This document shows positions 56,977 to 64,000 of a stretch of DNA of 64,000 nt, piece after piece. The stretch is from Tubulanus polymorphus (Eukaryota > Animalia > Nemertea). The position numbers and the translations under genes were made by a program. The stretch lies in NCBI RefSeq assembly GCF_964204645.1, contig NC_134033.1, positions 1,198,131 through 1,262,130 on the forward strand. Reading direction: 5' to 3'. A model generated the notes under the pieces. It made no database searches. It saw only the letters and a list, made by a program, of their open reading frames with translations, and was not told the DNA's origin. Positions within the stretch are counted from its first letter, which is position 1; each line of letters opens with the position of its first letter.

Positions 56977-58074
56977 ATGAGCTTCAACATGAATTCTACC
57001 ACAATCTCAACGACTGCTGCTCCACGATGGTGCAAGGACCTGTACCCACCAGAACGATGGAAACACGTTTTCAGTTATAAGATTTACTTGTACGGATATT
57101 TTCCGGCTTCAGTTTTCGGAATGTTTCTGAACTCTGTTTCTATTCTAGTATTCAGAAAGATCGGTCGCGACATTTATCAAACTATAATCATTCTCGCCTG
57201 GTTTGATTTACTGTTCGTATGTACAGTGAGTCTTCTTTATCCAATTCGAATATTCCTTATTTACCTTCAACATCGTAAACATGTTCTCGGCCGTTTCGAT
57301 GACTGGTTTTTTGGACACGAAATTATAATTTGGGTTCGACCACTGTTTCATACGTTTCAAATGGCAAAAAATTGGGCCGTAGTTATAGTAAATTTTGAAA
57401 GACTTCTGGTAGTCGCGAGTCCGCTGTATTTTAGACGATTCTGGAGCAAAAAACATATCATTTTTCTGTCGGTTTTAAACACAATTTCTTCCGCAGTTTG
57501 TTACTGGCCGTATTATTTTCCACTGAATTTACCCGGAAGGGCCACACGACGCTGTTTTCTTCATTTATATACAATGGGAGCTTTTCGTGCGAAAAAAATT
57601 CGAACACCATTTATTTATAGGCCTAATGTTGCGTCCAAGTCCGTTGATAATTCCTATATTTTCATGACTGTTCTTGTACCTTTTATTTTTCTAATTGTGA
57701 TAAATTTAACTTTGTTCGGAATTATGATATTTAGGAAACTAAATCGAAAGAAACAATTTCACGCGGACGCAGCGGTGCGCGGTGGAAAATCTACCGAATT
57801 CAAAATGTTAAAAGGGGTTCTTATAATTGTAGCTATATTCTTTATCTGTGAAATTCCCGCATCACTGGACCGTCTGTTACATTACTTCAGAAAGGAGTTT
57901 GGATTACGTAACGGTCTAACTGGGGATGAAATGATGGTCATGCGTAAAGTAGGAATTCTGCTTAGCGTTTTAGACTCTTCCGCAAATTTCTTCATTTATT
58001 GCGCAACAAACGGCGCCTTTAGAAGAAAAGCTAAACACATTTTACTGATAAATTATCTGTGTGATTCTAAATAG
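56977..58074 (+). CDS. Class A GPCR, copy 2 (365 aa, intronless)
   Basis: First in-frame ATG at 56977 (MSFNMNST); same motifs as copy 1. Confidence 0.9.
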   Translation: MSFNMNSTTISTTAAPRWCKDLYPPERWKHVFSYKIYLYGYFPASVFGMFLNSVSILVFRKIGRDIYQTIIILAWFDLLFVCTVSLLYPIRIFLIYLQHRKHVLGRFDDWFFGHEIIIWVRPLFHTFQMAKNWAVVIVNFERLLVVASPLYFRRFWSKKHIIFLSVLNTISSAVCYWPYYFPLNLPGRATRRCFLHLYTMGAFRAKKIRTPFIYRPNVASKSVDNSYIFMTVLVPFIFLIVINLTLFGIMIFRKLNRKKQFHADAAVRGGKSTEFKMLKGVLIIVAIFFICEIPASLDRLLHYFRKEFGLRNGLTGDEMMVMRKVGILLSVLDSSANFFIYCATNGAFRRKAKHILLINYLCDSK

Positions 58075-59599
58075 AATAGAAAAAATTAGATCATGACAAG
58101 TGTTAAAAACAACATAAACCAATGCCAATGATATCTTTTATTTCTCATGTATTTTTCATATACAATTATTAAACAGCAACCGGGTATCACGTGTTACTGT
58201 TAGTACGTTCTCTTATCAACCACGTTATCACTGAAAATGAATAACAAAATTTCTTTATGTAAGATTTTTGAGCGAACGCAAATGTTATCAACATTGATGC
58301 AAGTTGGGTAATCTAGAAATCATCCACAAATCAACCCCTAAACCCTGCGCCCTAAAACTTTCAAAAACTGATCGTCCACACTTCACACGTGTTCAGTACC
58401 TCACCTGAGACATTTTTAATTGAAAATGAACTACAAACACCAGACATTAGACATTTTATCAGCACACTTTCAAAAACTGATCGTCCACACTTCGCATGTG
58501 TTCAGTGCTTCACATGAGACATTTTGAATTGAAAATGAACTACAAACACCAGACATTAGAAATTTTATCAGCACACTTTCAAAAACTGATCATTCACACT
58601 TCACATCAGAGACATTTCTAATTGAAAATGAACTACAAACACCAGATATTAGACATTTTATCAGCACACTTTCATCAACTGATCGTCCACACACTTCACA
58701 TGTGTTCAGTGCTTCACCTAAGACATTTCTAATTGAAAATGAACTACAAACACCAGACATTAGACATTTTATCAGCACACTTTCATAAACTGATCGTCCA
58801 CACACTTCACATGGTGAAGCACTGAACACATTTATTGTTTGTAGTTCATAAAATGAGGAGAAGGTTTAGGAGACCGCGTTTAGGAGAAAATCGCTCAGAA
58901 CCTAATGCCACATAAATAATGGCCCCCGACCTTTCTGATTTTGGAAAGATTCATCGAAAATTCGTTCGTGAATTGTAAATTTTGATCTACGCTTTTCAGA
59001 AATTAATACACAGTTAATTGACGAGAGTGAACTGGGATGTTTATTTTACCGTACAGTGTTATACCTTGAAATCAGAATGAAAATTTGTGATATGTTTATT
59101 TTATTCTGATGATTCTGCGCCAAATTTGAATTTGAATGAATGTAATTTAAACCCACAGTTCTCTGTAAGAAGTTTTTGAATTCAAGGTCGTTCGTTTTGC
59201 TCAACAATTCAACAGCGATTCAATGCCTGCCCCACTCGTCGACGAAGTTCCACCCAGATCCTACTTTTCATTCGTTTTCGTTCAAAATATACAAATGCTT
59301 CCGAACTTAGGTGATTTGAGGAACAATTGTAGCAAAAAGAAGAAATATCTTCGACCTAAAATTGTGAAATTGGTCGTCTTTGCGTCATTCTCAAAGGTTT
59401 TCTGCGCAAGTTACTCACAGGACCCGCATTTGCGTAGGCACATAAAAAATTCCACTTTCTGAAATTCGAACTCAGACAGAGAGAGGAGGTTTGTGTTACT
59501 GCAGAGTCACTGCTTACAAGGTGAGAGACTGAAGGGAGAGAGAGAGAGAGAGAGAGGCGGAGAGGTTTGTGTTACTGCAGAGTCACTGATTACAGGTCT

Positions 59600-60697
59600 A
59601 TGAGCTTCAACATGAATTCTACCACAATCTCAACGACTGCTGCTCCACGATGGTGCAAGGACCTGTACCCACCAGAACGATGGAAACACGTTTTCAGTTA
59701 TAAGATTTACTTGTACGGATATTTTCCGGCTTCAGTTTTCGGAATGATTCTGAACTCTGTTTCTATTCTAGTATTCAGAAAGATCGGTCGCGACACTTAT
59801 CAAACTATAATCATTCTTGCCTGGTTTGATTTACTGTTCGTATTTTCAGTGTTTCTTCTTTATCCAATTCGAATATTCCTTATTTACCTTCAAGATCGTA
59901 AACATGTTCTCGGCCGTTTCGATGACTGGTTTTTTGGACACGAAATTATAATTTGGGTTCTACCACTGTTTCATACGTTTCAAATGGCAAAAAATTGGGC
60001 CGTAGTTATAGTAAATTTTGAAAGACTTCTGGTAGTCGCGAGTCCGCTGTATTTTAGACGATTCTGGAGCAAAAAACATATCATTTTTCTGTCGGTTTTA
60101 AACACAATTTCTTCCGCAGTTTGTTTCTGGCCGTATTATTTTCCACTGAATTTACCCGGAAGGGCCACACGACGCTGTTTTCTTCATTTATATACAATGG
60201 GAGCTTTTCGTGCGAAAAAAATTCGAACACCATTTATTTATAGGCCTAGCGTTGCATCCAAGTCCGTTTCGGATTCCTATATTCTCATGACTGTTCTTGT
60301 ACCTTTTATTTTTCTAATTGTGATAAATTTAACTTTGTTCGGAATTATGATATTTAGAAAACTAAATCGAAAGAAACAATTTCACGCGGACGCAGCGGTG
60401 CGCGGTGGAAAATCTACCGAATTCAAAATGTTAAAAGGGGTTCTTATAATTGTAGCTATATTCTTTATCTGTGAAATTCCCGCATCACTGGACCGTGTGT
60501 TACATTACTTCAGAAAGGAGTTTGGATTACGTAACGGTCTAACTGGGGATGAAATGATGGTCATGCGTAAAGTAGGAATTCTACTCAGTGTTTTTGACTC
60601 ATCCGCAAATTTCTTCATTTATTGCGCAACAAACGGCGCCTTTAGAAAAAAAGCTAAACACATTTTACTGATAAATTATCTGTGTGATTCTAAATAG
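59600..60697 (+). CDS. Class A GPCR, copy 3 (365 aa, intronless)
   Basis: ATG at 59600; ~15 aa differences from copy 2. Confidence 0.9.
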   Translation: MSFNMNSTTISTTAAPRWCKDLYPPERWKHVFSYKIYLYGYFPASVFGMILNSVSILVFRKIGRDTYQTIIILAWFDLLFVFSVFLLYPIRIFLIYLQDRKHVLGRFDDWFFGHEIIIWVLPLFHTFQMAKNWAVVIVNFERLLVVASPLYFRRFWSKKHIIFLSVLNTISSAVCFWPYYFPLNLPGRATRRCFLHLYTMGAFRAKKIRTPFIYRPSVASKSVSDSYILMTVLVPFIFLIVINLTLFGIMIFRKLNRKKQFHADAAVRGGKSTEFKMLKGVLIIVAIFFICEIPASLDRVLHYFRKEFGLRNGLTGDEMMVMRKVGILLSVFDSSANFFIYCATNGAFRKKAKHILLINYLCDSK

Positions 60698-62218
60698 AAT
60701 AGAAAAAATTAGATCATGACAAGTGATAAAAACAACATAAACCAATGCCATATCTTTTATTTCTCATGTATTTTTCATATACAATTATTAAACAGCAACC
60801 GGGTATCACGTGTTACTGTTAGTACGTTCTCTTATCAACCACGTTATCACTGAAAATGAATAACAAAATTTCTTTATGTAAGATTTTTGAGCGAACGCAA
60901 ATGTTATCAACATTGATGCAAGTTGGGTAATGTAGAAATCATCCACAAATCAACCCCTAAACCCTGCGCCCTAAAACTTTCAAAAACTGATCGTCCACAC
61001 TTCACACGTGTTCAGTACCTCGCCTGAGACATTTCTAATTGAAAATGAACTACAAACACCAGATATTAGACATTTTATCAGCACACTTTCAAAAACTGGT
61101 CGTCCACACTTCACATGTGTTCAGTGCTTCACATGAGACATTTTGAATTGAAAATGAACTACAAACACCAGACATTAGAAATTTTATCAGCACACTTTCA
61201 AAAACTGATCATTCACACTTCACATCAGAGACATTTCTAATTGAAAATGAACTACAAACACCAGATATTAGACATTTTATCAGCACACTTTCATCAACTG
61301 ATCGTCCACACACTTCACATGTGTTCAGTGCTTCACCTAAGACATTTCTAATTGAAAATGAACTACAAACACCAGACATTAGACATTTTATCAGCACACT
61401 TTCATAAACTGATCGTCCACACACTTCACATGGTGAAGCACTGAACACATTTATTGTTTGTAGTTCATAAAATGAGGAGAAGGTTTAGGAGACCGCGTTT
61501 AGGAGAAAATCGCTCAGAACCTAATGCCACATAAATAATGGCCCCCGACCTTTCTGATTTTGGAAAGATTCATCGAAAATTCGTTCGTGAATTGTAAATT
61601 TTGATCTACGCTTTTCAGAAATTAATACACAGTTAATTGACGAGAGTGAACTGGGATGTTTATTTTACCGTACAGTGTTATACCTTGAAATCAGAATGAA
61701 AATTTGTGATATGTTTATTTTATTCTGATGATTCTGCGCCAAATTTGAATTTGAATGAATGTAATTTAAACCCACAGTTCTCTGTAAGAAGTTTTTGAAT
61801 TCAAGGTCGTTCGTTTTGCTCAACAATTCAACAGCGATTCAATGCCTGCCCCACTCGTCGACGAAGTTCCACCCAGATCCTACTTTTCATTCGTTTTCGT
61901 TCAAAATATACAAATGCTTCCGAACTTAGGTGATTTGAGGAACAATTGTAGCAAAAAGAAGAAATATCTTCGACCTAAAATTGTGAAATTGGTCGTCTTT
62001 GCGTCATTCTCAAAGGTTTTCTGCGCAAGTTACTCACAGGACCCGCATTTGCGTAGGCACATAAAAAATTCCACTTTCTGAAATTCGAACTCAGACAGAG
62101 AGAGGAGGTTTGTGTTACTGCAGAGTCACTGCTTACAAGGTGAGAGACTGAAGGGAGAGAGAGAGAGAGAGAGAGGCGGAGAGGTTTGTGTTACTGCAGA
62201 GTCACTGATTACAGGTCT

Positions 62219-63316
62219 ATGAGCTTCAACATGAATTCTACCACAATCTCAACGACTGCTGCTCCACGATGGTGCAAGGACCTGTACCCACCAGAACGAT
62301 GGAAACACGTTTTCAGTTATAAGATTTACTTGTACGGATATTTTCCGGCTTCAGTTTTCGGAATGATTCTGAACTCTGTTTCTATTCTAGTATTCAGAAA
62401 GATCGGTCGCGACACTTATCAAACTATAATCATTCTTGCCTGGTTTGATTTACTGTTCGTATTTTCAGTGTTTCTTCTTTATCCAATTCGAATATTCCTT
62501 ATTTACCTTCAAGATCGTAAACATGTTCTCGGCCGTTTCGATGACTGGTTTTTTGGACACGAAATTATAATTTGGGTTCTACCACTGTTTCATACGTTTC
62601 AAATGGCAAAAAATTGGGCCGTAGTTATAGTAAATTTTGAAAGACTTCTGGTAGTCGCGAGTCCGCTGTATTTTAGACGATTCTGGAGCAAAAAACATAT
62701 CATTTTTCTGTCGGTTTTAAACACAATTTCTTCCGCAGTTTGTTTCTGGCCGTATTATTTTCCACTGAATTTACCCGGAAGGGCCACACGACGCTGTTTT
62801 CTTCATTTATATACAATGGGAGCTTTTCGTGCGAAAAAAATTCGAACACCATTTATTTATAGGCCTAGCGTTGCATCCAAGTCCGTTTCGGATTCCTATA
62901 TTCTCATGACTGTTCTTGTACCTTTTATTTTTCTAATTGTGATAAATTTAACTTTGTTCGGAATTATGATATTTAGAAAACTAAATCGAAAGAAACAATT
63001 TCACGCGGACGCAGCGGTGCGCGGTGGAAAATCTACCGAATTCAAAATGTTAAAAGGGGTTCTTATAATTGTAGCTATATTCTTTATCTGTGAAATTCCC
63101 GCATCACTGGACCGTGTGTTACATTACTTCAGAAAGGAGTTTGGATTACGTAACGGTCTAACTGGGGATGAAATGATGGTCATGCGTAAAGTAGGAATTC
63201 TACTCAGTGTTTTTGACTCATCCGCAAATTTCTTCATTTATTGCGCAACAAACGGCGCCTTTAGAAAAAAAGCTAAACACATTTTACTGATAAATTATCT
63301 GTGTGATTCTAAATAG
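62219..63316 (+). CDS. Class A GPCR, copy 4 (365 aa, protein identical to copy 3)
   Basis: ATG at 62219; 2619-bp offset from copy 3. Confidence 0.88.
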   Translation: MSFNMNSTTISTTAAPRWCKDLYPPERWKHVFSYKIYLYGYFPASVFGMILNSVSILVFRKIGRDTYQTIIILAWFDLLFVFSVFLLYPIRIFLIYLQDRKHVLGRFDDWFFGHEIIIWVLPLFHTFQMAKNWAVVIVNFERLLVVASPLYFRRFWSKKHIIFLSVLNTISSAVCFWPYYFPLNLPGRATRRCFLHLYTMGAFRAKKIRTPFIYRPSVASKSVSDSYILMTVLVPFIFLIVINLTLFGIMIFRKLNRKKQFHADAAVRGGKSTEFKMLKGVLIIVAIFFICEIPASLDRVLHYFRKEFGLRNGLTGDEMMVMRKVGILLSVFDSSANFFIYCATNGAFRKKAKHILLINYLCDSK

Positions 63317-64000
63317 AATAGAAAAAATTAGATCATGACAAGTGATAAAAACAACATAAACCAATGCCATATCTTTTATTTCTCATGTATTTTTCATATA
63401 CAATTATTAAACAGCAACCCGGTATCACGTGTTACTGTTAGTACGTTCTCTTATCAACCACGTTATCACTGAAAATGAATAACAAAATTTCTTTATGTAA
63501 GATTTTTGAGCGAACGCAAATGTTATCAACATTGATGCAAGTTGGGTAATCTAGAAATCATCCACAAATCAACCCCTAAACCCTGCGCCCTAAAACTTTC
63601 AAAAACTGATCGTCCACACTTCACACGTGTTCAGTACCTCACCTGAGACATTTTTAATTGAAAATGAACTACAAACACCAGACATTAGACATTTTATCAG
63701 CACACTTTCAAAAACTGATCGTCCACACTTCGCATGTGTTCAGTACTTCACCTGAGACATTTTTAATTGAAAATGAACTACAAACACCAGACATTAGACA
63801 TTTTATCAGCTCACTTTCATCAACTGATCGTCCACACACTTCACATGGTGAAGCACTGAACACATTTGAAGTATGGACGATCAGTTTATGAAAGTGTGTT
63901 GATAAAATGTCTAATGTCTGGTGTTTGTATTTCATTTTCAATTCAAAATGTCTCAGGTGAAGCACTGAACACATGTGAAGTGTGGACGATCAGTTTATGA

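Larger units (their letters stand above)
54340..63870 (+). repeat. Segmental tandem duplication, ~2.6-kb unit x ~3.7 (GPCR + 3' flank + 109-bp satellite + spacer)
   Basis: ATG offsets 2595/2623/2619 bp; spacers nearly identical. Satellite blocks at ~55750-56230, 58355-58850, 60975-61470 and 63590-64000. Confidence 0.95.

Noticed and set aside
56602-62081. 79-aa ORF MPAPLVDEVPP... present three times
   Set aside because: Recurrence simply reflects the segmental duplication; no recognisable domain.

Overview
Eukaryotic (invertebrate animal, plausibly lophotrochozoan) genomic DNA with GT-AG introns and a dense load of minisatellites and MITEs. Genes reconstructed by hand: (1) a single-coding-exon type I membrane protein with one FN3 domain (3104-3811, +); (2) RCBTB1/2-like RCC1+BTB gene (13-14 coding exons, ~10025-18032, +); (3) PRKX/PKA-C3-like kinase (8 coding exons, 20517-45249, +, 362 aa); (4) PIGZ GPI mannosyltransferase (2 exons, 50889-48717, -, 632 aa); (5) a tandem array of four intronless class A GPCRs of the FMRFamide-receptor-like/Srw type in ~2.6-kb units (54382-63316, +). 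Non-coding highlights: a 70-bp x5 tandem array at ~52085-52414 in which each unit carries a minimal Penelope-type hammerhead ribozyme on the minus strand; an RTE-retrotransposon-like 5' motif (~51420-51540); a tRNA-headed structured SINE-like RNA (~6518-6750); Harbinger-like MITEs with CWG target duplications, whose terminus appears to have seeded a dispersed minisatellite family; and piggyBac-like TTAA MITEs. No searches were run. Family assignments rest on motif recognition and need confirmation, and repeat boundaries are approximate.
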